A stretch of DNA of 62,069 bases, the filler included. It is 5 parts of 5 records of this genome, joined end to end, with 100 filler letters (N's around TTAATTAATTAA, not from the genome) between each part and the next. Parts side by side here need not be neighbours in the genome. Positions count along the whole stretch, not along the records: positions 14,067 to 24,411 come from SRR2962707_2146; positions 24,512 to 51,349 come from SRR2962707_2148; 3 more parts are not named here. One strand, written 5' to 3'. A program made the translations under genes and the position numbers. The notes under the pieces were generated by a model. The model was not told the DNA's origin. It saw only the letters and a program-made list of their open reading frames with translations, and did not search any database. Positions within the stretch are counted from its first letter, which is position 1, and every line of letters begins with the position of its first letter. Positions 17,001 to 27,532 of this stretch are shown piece by piece.

Positions 17001-20000
17001 TGTGACCAAAGTTGGAACTCTCGGCCACGCTTCGAAGATACATTACTGCTGCATTGCAGTCGCGCGGCGTTTCACTGTATCGAACATATTTGAACCGATC
17101 ACAAAGCGAAAAATGACAACGGCATTTGGAAAACAAAATGATGCATGGAACACACACGATACCTTGGCTTGTCACCGTGAAGAAAAATGATTCCCAGCAT
17201 AAAAATGGCGTCGAAATTGCCAAATTGTGCAGCAGCGGTTTGCCACCTTTCTATTGCACGAGTGTGATTGGCATCGGTACCAACGCCGTCGAAATGCATT
17301 TGCCCTGCATTGAACAGAGCATCCGAACTTCGACCAGTATCAGCCGCTTGCTCAAAAAAGTCCAGTGCTCGTGACCGATTCTTAAGAGTCGGAAAAAAGT
17401 GAGCACACGCATGCACTTGTGACAAAGGGTTTCAAACGCGTACGGAGAGTGCATTCCACCAGCGACTGACAGACAAACCTGGACTAAGGGATTCAGCGAT
17501 CCTTCATCGGGATCGCTGCCGTGATAGTATGCGAATCCAAGGCCGTTGAGGGCATCGACATTGTCCGGCTCTGCCTCTAGTGCTTGGCGGTACAATTCTT
17601 CAGCGCGGGTAATGTTGCGTCTTTCTATGCCCCCTTCCCCTTTCAAAAACATGTTGGCGGCTGCGACTTGCCTGACACAAGGGAGCCAAGTGTCAATGAT
17701 ATCAGAATTGTGCTCCCCTTCCACCACGCGACCGCACACGTTGACGCTTACCCTTCCGGAGACCCCAACAATGCAGCCTGCTGGAAGTATCGGAGCGCCT
17801 GCGGTTGGTCCCGGGGAAGCCCTCTAGCACCGTAATAATACAGGCCACCCATTGCAATCATTGAGGGAATGTCACCTTGCTCCGCGCGAAGTCGTTGGTA
17901 CTCAATCTGGGCGTCGTCCATGCCTCGTTCTCCTTGATCGATGACATACTCTGTTTCAGCATTGAGACGTTGACGCTGACTCAGCGGTTGGTTGCCTTCC
18001 AACACACAGTAGGCAGGTTGGCAAGTAAGCGCGGTACATGAGTGCAATTTTCCATTGATTCACATGTCACAGAAGCGTGGTTGCCAGACCAGGAAGGTGA
18101 AACAGCATGTGCGACCAACGCGCCGCCTTTTCGTAGTAAAATGCAGATGCTTCGCACGCTCCAGGAGCAGATTTCCTGCAACACAAATAACACCTTCAAA
18201 ATTCAATTCAAAAACTCATGGCGCATTTAATATTTTGTGAAGTTTTAAAACTCAAGCCAGCAAGCCAGCAAGAAAGCTAGCTGGCAGTTAGGCAGGCAGG
18301 CAGCCAGCCAGCAAGCAAGCACGATCCATTTAACGCACATGCGCTGGTGTCGGTAACCAAGGGCAGCCCAACTTTGATAATTAGCACGGATGTCACCGTG
18401 TTGAAGTGCTGCAACTGTGTGCAATGCCCAAACAACATTGTCGTCCGACGAAGCAGCAAGCCACCACGGGGCCATGCTGTTGGCATTGTTGCGTTCGAGC
18501 ACGTCCAAACCTTCCCGAAGGCTAAAAACGATTTCCATGATATGGTGTGCAGACTGTTCAAGCAGTGGCGATTGCTGACCAGCAAACAACCGCATTGATG
18601 GTACGTCAACCACGGCAGCTCGGCGAAGCACTGCAAGTGCAGCGGGCGCTTCAGGATGCCCTAAAGCCATAGCTCGGGACAAGCAGAGGGCCGAAATCCA
18701 TGCTAGTGGCGGTTCAGTTCTACAGCAATAGTACAGACACAGTTGTCACGAGAATGCAAGCCAATACCACATGACGAACCCACAACGCAGTGGTTGCCGT
18801 GATTCTCTGCTTACGAAGTTGCTGCCAAGTCGAACTCCTTGACCAGCTGCTCACTCGCGCTTCGGGTTGCTGCTTGCCTTAAACTGGGGCAGTCAAAGTC
18901 TAGCTTGACCGCCGGGTCATTTGGTCCACTCGGTAGTTCGGCCTTCAAAAAACGTGGCGACCGTCAGCACAGCTCACAAATCAGAAGACGCATCCGTCCC
19001 GCTTTGAATGAAACAAACCTGCTCGCCGGATGCGGCCGTGGCATCGGCATTATTCCAATCGCCCCAAAAAACAAGTTTGCCAAGAGCAAACCAAGCTCTG
19101 GCGCTGGAGGCCCTGTTGGCGCTGCGTCGAAGTCCAGTGTGCATTGCTGCAAACCGATCGGTATCTGCGACAACTATACTCTGGTCACCCAATCAACAGC
19201 AACGGCGAAGCAGCGGGAGCAAAAGAAAGAGTAAATTTTGAACGTAACATACTGTCGCCTCCTTCACTGGATATTCTGGCAACTTTCACGAGAAGCTCCA
19301 CGGCGCGCGGCAAAGCTTCCGAATTGCACGAGTTCAAGTGACGGTGCGCATCTTGAAGCATTTGGCGAGCCTTTTGGCCAACTGACTCAGCGCCCGTACG
19401 GTCGCTTTGGCCATTGGCGTGCAGCCCCAACGATTCGTTCGTTTCAATATGGTTTTCGGAAGGCAGCCACCAGTGTGGCCGGTTCGGCACTGCGCTCGTG
19501 GGCATTTTCTTCAACAGCGAAAGAGACAATTGTTGGATAGATGCCTGACTGGTCGCAAGTTGGATGGGCTGAAATAGCCGAGCTTCACTGCGGTGAATCG
19601 CTGCAATTTCTCCCACAGTCAATGACCGAGGGAATATGCTGAAGTGTGACAAGAGCCCACGGGTTCCGGGCAACCAGGGATCCTTGGCAACGTACCTGCA
19701 CAAGCAGTGGGATGGATACTGAGGTGGTGCGGGGACGAGTTGTCAAATCAGAGGACGACAATAAAAACCGTACATTGGGCCGGAGTTTGAAAGCACCGCT
19801 GACTTAAATTGCAGCGTAGAATCTAAAACACCGTCAAAATATAACAACAGACGATATCCCTGCTGCCGATGCCTTGCGTGTTGGGGTAAATCAGATAAAT
19901 CGCATGAGTGGCTTTCGGAACACGTTTGGTGGACCTCCGAATTGTTTGCGGTCTGGCTCGTTGGCTCCGTGTGGTTTTCAAACACGTATGTGACGTGGAC

Positions 20001-21775
20001 CCATTGATTGGCCCGAAGAGGGGTGTCGTTTTCAGCTCCAACGTCAAATGCTTCGTCTGTGCTCACCTGAACGCCAACACCAACCTCAACGAGTGCGGCC
20101 TAGCAATCTGGCGCAGGGCAATGCTTGAAACAAAGCCTCACCTTGGTAACGATGCGATTGTCACGAAGCATCCAAGCTGCCGGGGTGCGTTGCTCCGAAT
20201 CCGGCCTATCAAGCGATGAGGCACATTAGGGGTAGGGTTCGGAGCATTTGGAAGACTGAGTTGCGTCGTTTGGCAAAAAAAACAGCTGACCGAACCCCTT
20301 GTAAAACAGGCCGCGGAATTGACTCTTGTCAAGCGGCACTTGAGAGTCAGCTTCCGACGTATTGGCATCGATCAGTGTAGCAATCCAGAATGAAACAGTA
20401 AAGTTACCTCTTGCATCGTACCTGCCACCACAGAAAAAAGGACACCAGAAATATGAAATATCGGCAGCGTTTGGCAACCGGTATTTCCGCAACACATGGT
20501 TTCACACTCACGGAAACTCTTCATGCGCAACGCGTAGCCCGTGTGTCCCATCAAGCGCCAGGACCGTGGGGATGTGGAAAGACGGCTCAGGGGCACTTGT
20601 GGCCCACCGAGAAAGTGGCGCCTGCCCGTGAGCCTTGGGCGACGACAAATCCGCTGCAGTGTCATCTGCATTTTTCCCAATCAGTTCCACTTGCCCACAC
20701 ACATGCACGTGACATTGTGGACGAGGCGTTGGTTGGCATTCTTCAAAACCCAAAGGGCCAGTGCACAGGCGCAGGTCGTATCGGCCCCGATCCTATGTCA
20801 ATGCGCGCGCAGAGTCAATTCAAGTTTGCCCAATAACAAGGCTTTTTATTGTTGCCATTCAACTATCTATTTGCACCATACGAACCGGGACACGAAACAG
20901 CCAATCCAGAACTGATCTGCGGGGCCAAATATCCACATCTGCCAACTGATGACTGTCCGAAGCCACAATGCAAGCCAGTGACGAAGCCCTGCTACTATTG
21001 CGCGTTTCATTCAGCTTGTCCTCAGTGATATTCACAAAAGGAACAAACAGCGTTGTGCCATTTAGCCACATGCGACTGCCATCACAATCTGGACCGTCAG
21101 CGACGTTCACTGACAATTTAGACCTGCGAGTGAAAACCGAAGTCGCGTAGAAGATCAATTGCCAATGGTTGGCAGCACATTTCCACGCCATTCACGGTAA
21201 GGCAGCTCCAGTTCGAAATTCACCACGCACCATCCAGAAAGCTGCCGCTTTAGCACGTCGGCCAGCTCAAATGGCGAGCGCTGCTTCGCGGCATGGGTGT
21301 CTTTGAATCGAACGCTCACACCAGGAGATGCGTATTCCCGATTGACGGAAACCGCTTCAATTGCCAACGTGTCTTATCCGCATTCAAAAAACAAAAGGTC
21401 AAGCGAACGAAGTGAGGGACTCGAGAGGGGCGCACAATGCAGCGCACTTCACGCAGTCGACGAACCACCTTGCTGCAGCGGCAGAAACGCGTCTGCAGAC
21501 CAACGTCGACGCGCCAGAGGCTTCACAAACGGGCCCGCCGCCACGGGGAACAGGCCCAGCCAGATCTCCACATCGTGAACGAAGTCGATAGCGTCCAAGT
21601 CGTCTAGACTCAGGTCCACGGTCGCACGCGCACGCACTGCGTCGTACTCACACGGACTGTCGTTGTCGAACGACAGCTCAAAACGCAGCCCTGTGCCTGG
21701 AAGAACGAGCAGCAGGCCCAGCAACAACTGCAGCATCAGCATCAGCAGCGTCATACCACGTCGTTGGCCCTGCAT
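14100..21775 (-). CDS. multi-exon eukaryotic gene: signal peptide, LamG-like domain, Sel1 repeats (Hrd3/SEL1L/SEL1L3-like), TM helix, zeta-toxin-like P-loop domain
   Basis: Exon peptides joined by GT..AG introns: FTVSFWI/QWVHVTYVF/LYFDGVLD (LamG); GGLYYYGARGLPRDQPQALRYFQQAA, GYEVGQNNAAFL, LGDFYFYGMGG, ATFNVGYMLEVGLG (Sel1); WETIAVIVVGGILAFVG (TM); PWAVLIAGLNGIRKTT, NSFFRQLD, NVMVETSGRN (P-loop). Exon boundaries only partly resolved. Confidence 0.7.
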
Positions 21776-22211
21776 TCGCCTCCAGCGATCAAAGCCGCCA
21801 GTGACACTCGTAAACGAACGAACGCAACGAAAAAAAAGCAAAAAAACAAGCAAAAAAAAGGACAAAAACAATGGGTAAAGAAAGAGAGACCGGTTCCCTG
21901 GGAGCGCAGCAAGGGCGTTCACTTCGAGAGGAGTTTGTGAATGTGACTTCAGAGCGAGACGACCTTCGCGAATTCCTCGTGTGCGAACTCAGCCGGCGAC
22001 AACGAGGGTGGTCACTTCGCTCATTCACTCAGTCAGTCACTCACACAGCAATTCACTCCACTCACTCAGTCCCTCACGCACACACTCGGCTCGGAAAACA
22101 ACGGAAAAAATGAAGATTAACTAATACTGTAAATTACCCTCACAGGGGCAGTAGAAAATTGCCAACAAGTGTGAGTTCAAATACTGCTTGTTGGCGCGCC
22201 AACAACAAGTG

Positions 22212-22238
22212 GCCCAGCCCCAGCCCCAGCCCCAGCCC
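22212..22238. repeat. (CCCAGC)4 hexanucleotide repeat
   Basis: Directly visible. Confidence 0.85.
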
Positions 22239-22437
22239 ACGAGCAGGCACAATAACGTGCCGCAAGAAGTTATTAGTTTTACATGTTCGAATTCCAATGA
22301 ATGAATGGGTGGGCGGGGAGTGTGCACTCTCTGGCGAGTGGCAGCAATGAGGCATAGGACTGTGAATAAAGCAATTCCAGGAAGTGCACGCCATTTGCAG
22401 TCCCGTGAACCGCCGTGATTGTTGCGGGTGAGAGACG

Positions 22438-22818
22438 TCACACAGACGAAGGGCCGAGACCGTCGTCTTCGTGGAGGGAAAAGGAGACATCAAGAGAACC
22501 TCGACGCTGAAGACCCATTAATGCAGCCTCATCCGCAGCCAAAAGCTCATCCAGATTTGAAGAGAGAAAATGATCACTCTCGCGCGGAGCTTCTGCGTCG
22601 CTGGAGCTCTCATCCCCGTTGAAACGACCTGCAAAACTGCGTTCCGAAACAGTACCTTTGGCTGGTGAATAAGACCGACGACGCTTCTTTGCGGCAGCGT
22701 CCTCCGCTTGCTGTGATACTGAATGCTGCATCACTACCGTAGCAGGATGGTGGTGGTCGTGATTGTGACTGTGGCCGTGTTGCCCGGCGTCGCAGCCAGC
22801 GCTGGCCGCGGACGCCAT
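22438..22818 (-). CDS. putative small disordered protein, His-rich with a KKRRR stretch
   Basis: 126-aa single ORF with AAA-ATG-G context, lying between two larger genes; no recognisable domain. Confidence 0.35.
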   Translation of the reverse strand: MASAASAGCDAGQHGHSHNHDHHHPATVVMQHSVSQQAEDAAAKKRRRSYSPAKGTVSERSFAGRFNGDESSSDAEAPRESDHFLSSNLDELLAADEAALMGLQRRGSLDVSFSLHEDDGLGPSSV

Positions 22819-22975
22819 TTGCCGTTTTTGAGGCGCAAGTGCCGTGGCAGGCGGCGGCTCCTGTTGCTGTTGTCAATGAAGAAACGTGTCAAAAAAAAGC
22901 GAAAACATTGTCGAAAGTGAGCGACTGTGAACGACAACACCATGTCCAACACGAAACGGAACTGCGTTGTGCAGG

Positions 22976-24283
22976 TCAATAGTGTCGTACTTGGTGGAGC
23001 GTGTAGAAGCACCCCGCGATGCGGCAGGTTCCGCGTTCGGGTGAGCAGGCGCAGTAATAGCGGGTGTCCATTCTGCAATGCTGGCAACGCTTCTGTACAA
23101 ATTGCTTTTTCCGGTCAAGCAGCCATTTACCCGAGGCCTTATCGTACCGCCCATGCTCTGGAATTTTCGAGAGCTTGCAAGGTGGTGCCCCTGGGCGTTT
23201 TCGATGCGATTGAACTGGCCGGTGTGCGCCTAGATGGCTGCTACTGTTCTGCTGACGCTGAACTACAGCAGTCGAAGTCTTTTTTGAATCTGTGAGCTGG
23301 TTGTTCGCTGAATTCGGGTTTTCGCACTTCACGCACGAGGTCGTCAGGATTCGCGATGGCGCTTCGGAACTTGCCTGCACCTTGTGAGCGCTATTGTAAA
23401 GTTTGTCTGCCAGCTGCACATGACACGGCATGAGCAGGTCACTCATTTCACGGAACGTGCACAATCTATGCACTTCTACGCTCACAAGCTCGTAACACGT
23501 ACTTGGGTGGAAGGAGCCTGAGTCAGCCGATCGTGCAGTTTGCGCGCCCGGAATTGAGACTAGCGACCAACATTCCAGCAGGAGTAGCAGACACGGTGAC
23601 GCCATGGTCAGTGAAAAATGACGGACGGCCTGCTTCTGCAAAAGCAAGCATGCAAGATAAACGTGCCAGTTCCACATTCAGTGTCGAACAAAAATCTGCA
23701 AGATCCTTGTGGTTGCTCAAATTCTCTGCGATATCAGGTCCAGTGACTCCGTTCACGCGCAGTAGCTCAGCGAGCTGGACGTTTGCTTTGCCTGGCGCAT
23801 TTCCAAAACAATGGCACACATGAGGACGTTGTCTGCCGCGCAAAAGCGATGCTCCTCTAGGCAAGGCTAGGGCACACTGTGGCTCACCTCCACACGTCGA
23901 CACCAGCATTTGAAGCACTCTCGGTGACACGGCCCCGGCGAAGGGTCTGGTGAGTTTGTAGTGCAGCTTGATGGCAGCAAAGGGGAGGACCTTGATGTTG
24001 CAGTCCGACAGAAACTTGGTCAAAACCTCGTGGCTTCCCAGGAACGGCACTAGCTCTTCGCCTGTCACACCCTCGGCGCGAAAAGCCTTGGCAATGTCTC
24101 CGAACGTTTGGCCTACAAGCAAAATGGGAGGACAACCTCACCGTTGCGACACGCACAACGTTTGCACAATGCGCACGTCCCTCACCCATTGAAAAACACA
24201 CGCACGCACGTACCTCCAAGCTCATCCACGAAGCTGGCCAATGCTTCCACAGAAAACTTGGAGCACCATGCGTGCTGTTCCAT
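22976..24283 (-). CDS. multi-exon eukaryotic gene with SAM-like domain(s) and a C-terminal piggyBac-like Cys-rich domain
   Basis: Exon 1 MEQHAWCSKFSVEALASFVDELG|GTACGT spliced to GQTFGDIAKAFRAEGVTGEEL; second repeat LAELLRVNGVTGPDI; tail QKRCQHCRMDTRYYCACSPERGTCRIAGCFYTLH. Linkage of the two halves is inferred. Confidence 0.45.
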
Positions 24284-24386
24284 GGCGAGCTGGTTCGAGC
24301 TGATCTCTACATCGATTGCTCAATTGGTTTCACAACGAAAAAAAGCGAAATCAAAAATGCCGACGCGGACGGTACCAAACGACAGT

Positions 24387-24411
24387 AGCAGCAGCAGCAG
24401 CAGCAGCAGCA
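24387..24411. repeat. (AGC)8 microsatellite at contig end
   Basis: Directly visible. Confidence 0.95.
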
Positions 24412-24511
24412 NNNNNNNNNNNNNNNNNNNNNNNNNNNNNNNNNNNNNNNNNNNNTTAATTAATTAANNNNNNNNNNNNNNNNNNNNNNNNNNNNNNNNN
24501 NNNNNNNNNNN
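24412..24511. other. artificial contig spacer
   Basis: N44-TTAATTAATTAA-N44. Confidence 0.98.
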
Positions 24512-24716
24512 AAAAAATGGCGCTATCGCAGTACATGGTGGATGTTTCCTGCTTGAATACGACATTGCCAATGAGCCTCCTGAGAGACTTACCATTTTCC
24601 CGGATTCCGATCATTTCTTCTGCGTCATACTTAATTTTATCTTTTTTCTGAGCTTGCCCGGAAAACGATATAAGTAATATGAGGAGAGAAAAGCCAATTG
24701 GCAGTAACTTTCGCAT
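24512..24716 (-). CDS. OstA-like (LptA/LptD N-terminal) protein, 5' partial at contig edge
   Basis: Signal peptide then LIGNVVFKQETSTMYCDSA; TAGTTTTG Bacteroidota -7 element upstream. Confidence 0.8.
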
Positions 24717-24742
24717 ATGCTGCAAAACTAATTATTAACGTC

Positions 24743-26038
24743 TTGCAACCTTTACAAAAACGATTCCAGAATTTCATCCGTGAGCATCATCTTGTAAATG
24801 ATGATGATCAGATACTGCTGGCCGTCAGCGGTGGACTGGATTCAATGGTTATGCTCGATTTGTTTCATAAGCTTGGTCAGAACATGGCTGTGGCACACTG
24901 CAATTTCGGTTTGAGGGGAGAGGAGTCAGATGGTGAAGAGGAATTTGTTATTGATTGGACGCAGGAAAGAGGAATCGATTGTCATGTAAAAAAAATTGAG
25001 CTTGGATTCGGATCAACTCAGCTGCTGGCACGGAAGGAACGCTATGCCTGGTTTGATGAGCTTTGTGAATCACATGACTTTACGAGCATTGCTACTGCGC
25101 ATCATTTAGAAGATTCTTTTGAAACGACCATGCTCAACCTTGTGCGTGGGACAGGCGTGGCTGGCATGAAAGGTATTGCTGAAAGGCGGGGAATGGTTAT
25201 TCGGCCACTCTTATTTGCCAACAGAAGTGAGATAAAGGAGTATGCCTTGAGAACTAATTTAGATTGGCGGGAGGATTCCTCCAATCTCAAGACGGACTAT
25301 GACAGGAATAAGATCAGGCATGATGTCACTCCAAGATTGAAAGAACTAAACCCTTCGCTCCTGCACACCTATGGGCATTCGAAGGAGCGATTTGAATATG
25401 CACAGGCACAGATATCCAAAAAGGTAGAGGAGATCAGGCGTAACTATTTTGATGAATCTCAACATCAGCTAAGGTTAGACTGGATCACCGGGAATGAAGA
25501 TGTGTTGATCCTTGATGAACTGTTGCAGCCTTACGGATTCAATTATGTGACGGTAAAAGAGATTTTTGCCGCCAGAGGGAAAGCAGGCAAGACCTTTCCT
25601 ATTGGAGGTTATACACTTTTCATGGATCGTGATTCATTGGTCATTAGGCAGGATCACGAGTTTGAGGATGGACTTATACATGTTCAGGGGGAAGGCGTTT
25701 ATCAATTTGGCCAATCGACATTTCGGATAACTCATGTATCTGGCGATGAGCCACTGGACCAAGGCAGCCATGTAGCAGTGCTGGATGCTGGGAAAATCAA
25801 ATACCCGCTCCTCATTCGCCATTGGGCTCAGGGGGATCATTTCCATCCATTGGGCATGACTGGAGCGAAGAAGGTTAGCGATTTCCTGATTGATGAAAAA
25901 GTGCCACTTGCCAGGAAAGAGGAAGTTATGGTGGTTGAAAGTGAAGAGATCATTGCCTGGATAGTGGATCATCGGATCGCTGAAGACTTCAAAGTGGACA
26001 AGTCAACAACGACCATACTTCGTATAGAAAAATCTTAA
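24743..26038 (+). CDS. tilS: tRNA(Ile)-lysidine synthetase
   Basis: AVSGGLDS PP-loop, AHCNFGLRG, TAHHLED, RNKIRH, C-terminal PLGMTGAKKVSDFLID; TTG start inferred. Confidence 0.95.
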   Translation: MQPLQKRFQNFIREHHLVNDDDQILLAVSGGLDSMVMLDLFHKLGQNMAVAHCNFGLRGEESDGEEEFVIDWTQERGIDCHVKKIELGFGSTQLLARKERYAWFDELCESHDFTSIATAHHLEDSFETTMLNLVRGTGVAGMKGIAERRGMVIRPLLFANRSEIKEYALRTNLDWREDSSNLKTDYDRNKIRHDVTPRLKELNPSLLHTYGHSKERFEYAQAQISKKVEEIRRNYFDESQHQLRLDWITGNEDVLILDELLQPYGFNYVTVKEIFAARGKAGKTFPIGGYTLFMDRDSLVIRQDHEFEDGLIHVQGEGVYQFGQSTFRITHVSGDEPLDQGSHVAVLDAGKIKYPLLIRHWAQGDHFHPLGMTGAKKVSDFLIDEKVPLARKEEVMVVESEEIIAWIVDHRIAEDFKVDKSTTTILRIEKS

Positions 26039-26077
26039 GGTAGAGTAACATTTAGTCCCTTCTCTCGTCGATTTAGC

Positions 26078-27292
26078 ATGAGGAAAATCTTTCACACGTT
26101 TCGGATGGCATTCAAAGATGCCCGCAAAAACCTGTTTCATACCTTACTTTCTGTGCTTGGGATCGTCATTGGCGTAGGGGCGCTGGTCGCCATTCTTTCA
26201 TTGATTGACGGGATGGAGAAGTATGCACATGAGCAGATCTCGAAGACCACTTCACTAGAAAGTGTCATTGTGAATACCCAAACCACCAAGCGGGTGGACA
26301 ATATCATAGTGGCTAAGGAGGACTATGGCTTCTTCAATTACGATCGTTTTGCTCGGTTGCAATCGAAACTACAGAATGCTCAAGGTTACATCAGGTACCA
26401 GGAATCCGGGTTTCTTTCGGTGAATGATTCTACGGAGCGAGGGGTACTCTTTTCAGGGATTACCTATACCTGGAACGACAAACTGGAGCAACTGGCGGGA
26501 CGATTTCTGGAAGCGAAAGACTTGGATGATCAATTATCCAATGTAGTGATTACGAAAGAAATGGCTGAAGCCATGAATGGCAGCATAGAGATGGAGGAAT
26601 GGATTGGTAAGGAGTTGGTATTTAAAGATTCGACCTTCACTATAGTTGGGATTATTGAGTCACCCTCCACTAATCTGGAGATTTATGCTCCGATCACTCT
26701 ATTTCCTGAAGAGAAACTCAAGAACAAGCCACCGGCAGTGATCTGGATGGCATCCAACATTGAAGAGGTACCGGTAGTGAAGAAGGAGATAGAAGATTTT
26801 TTGAAAGAAGAATTTGGTGATCATTCGGCTGACTTCAATGTGGTGACCAATGAGTTCAGGGTGGATCAGGCAAATAAGGGTTTTCTGGTATTTCGGTTGA
26901 TTATGGGATTGATTGTAGGTATTTCTGTGCTGGTTGGTGGGATTGGGGTGATGAACGTGCTGTTGATATCCGTGACGGAAAGAACAGCCGAAATAGGTGT
27001 TCGGAAGGCAGTAGGTGCCAAGCGGAAAGACATCATAGCCCAATTCTTATCTGAGTCTTTGAGCGTAAGTTTCATTGGAAGTTTCCTGGGATTGGTACTG
27101 GGCATTCTTTTCACAATGGTTACTGTTCCTATTGTGAAGTATCTAACCAAAATGCCATTTGAGGCAGCCTATACGGTTGACACTCTTTTGGTAATCATGA
27201 TTGTTTCCATCATCGTTGGGATTGTTTTTGGCACGTATCCGGCGATGAAAGCATCAAAGTTGGATCCGGTTGAGGCGATAAGAAGAGAGTAG
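26078..27292 (+). CDS. MacB/FtsX-type ABC permease
   Basis: LGIVIGVGALV, VGGIGVMNVLLISVTERTAEIGVRKAVGA, YPAMKASKLDPVEAIR. Confidence 0.93.
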   Translation: MRKIFHTFRMAFKDARKNLFHTLLSVLGIVIGVGALVAILSLIDGMEKYAHEQISKTTSLESVIVNTQTTKRVDNIIVAKEDYGFFNYDRFARLQSKLQNAQGYIRYQESGFLSVNDSTERGVLFSGITYTWNDKLEQLAGRFLEAKDLDDQLSNVVITKEMAEAMNGSIEMEEWIGKELVFKDSTFTIVGIIESPSTNLEIYAPITLFPEEKLKNKPPAVIWMASNIEEVPVVKKEIEDFLKEEFGDHSADFNVVTNEFRVDQANKGFLVFRLIMGLIVGISVLVGGIGVMNVLLISVTERTAEIGVRKAVGAKRKDIIAQFLSESLSVSFIGSFLGLVLGILFTMVTVPIVKYLTKMPFEAAYTVDTLLVIMIVSIIVGIVFGTYPAMKASKLDPVEAIRRE

Positions 27293-27532
27293 TTGGTCAA
27301 TTAGTAATTAGTGGCTTCTTGATCATTCTTAGTCCTGACTGCTGGCTGATTTATAATGGTCCAATATCCACTCCAGATTGGTACTTTGTTAGTTTTTAAA
27401 ATTTGAGCGATTTCATTTTTTGTCATTGGGATAAATATGAATTAAGCGAAATATGTATCTCGTTATTCACTCATGCAAATATATCTCTATAATCCAATGT
27501 GGGAGTGGAGTACGAAACTCCACTCCAAAATC

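Noticed and set aside
18255-18320. GCCA/GCAA/GGCA tetranucleotide run as a functional array
   Set aside because: Low-complexity intronic microsatellite in eukaryotic DNA
14067-24411. Bacteria-to-eukaryote HGT or a recoded (stop-reassigned) bacterial region
   Set aside because: Frame breaks coincide with GT..AG introns, and the neighbouring bacterial DNA is on separate contigs
27503-27527. GGAGTGGAGT-ACGAA-ACTCCACTCC hairpin as a novel RNA
   Set aside because: Single hairpin between convergent permease genes; most simply a terminator or isolated REP
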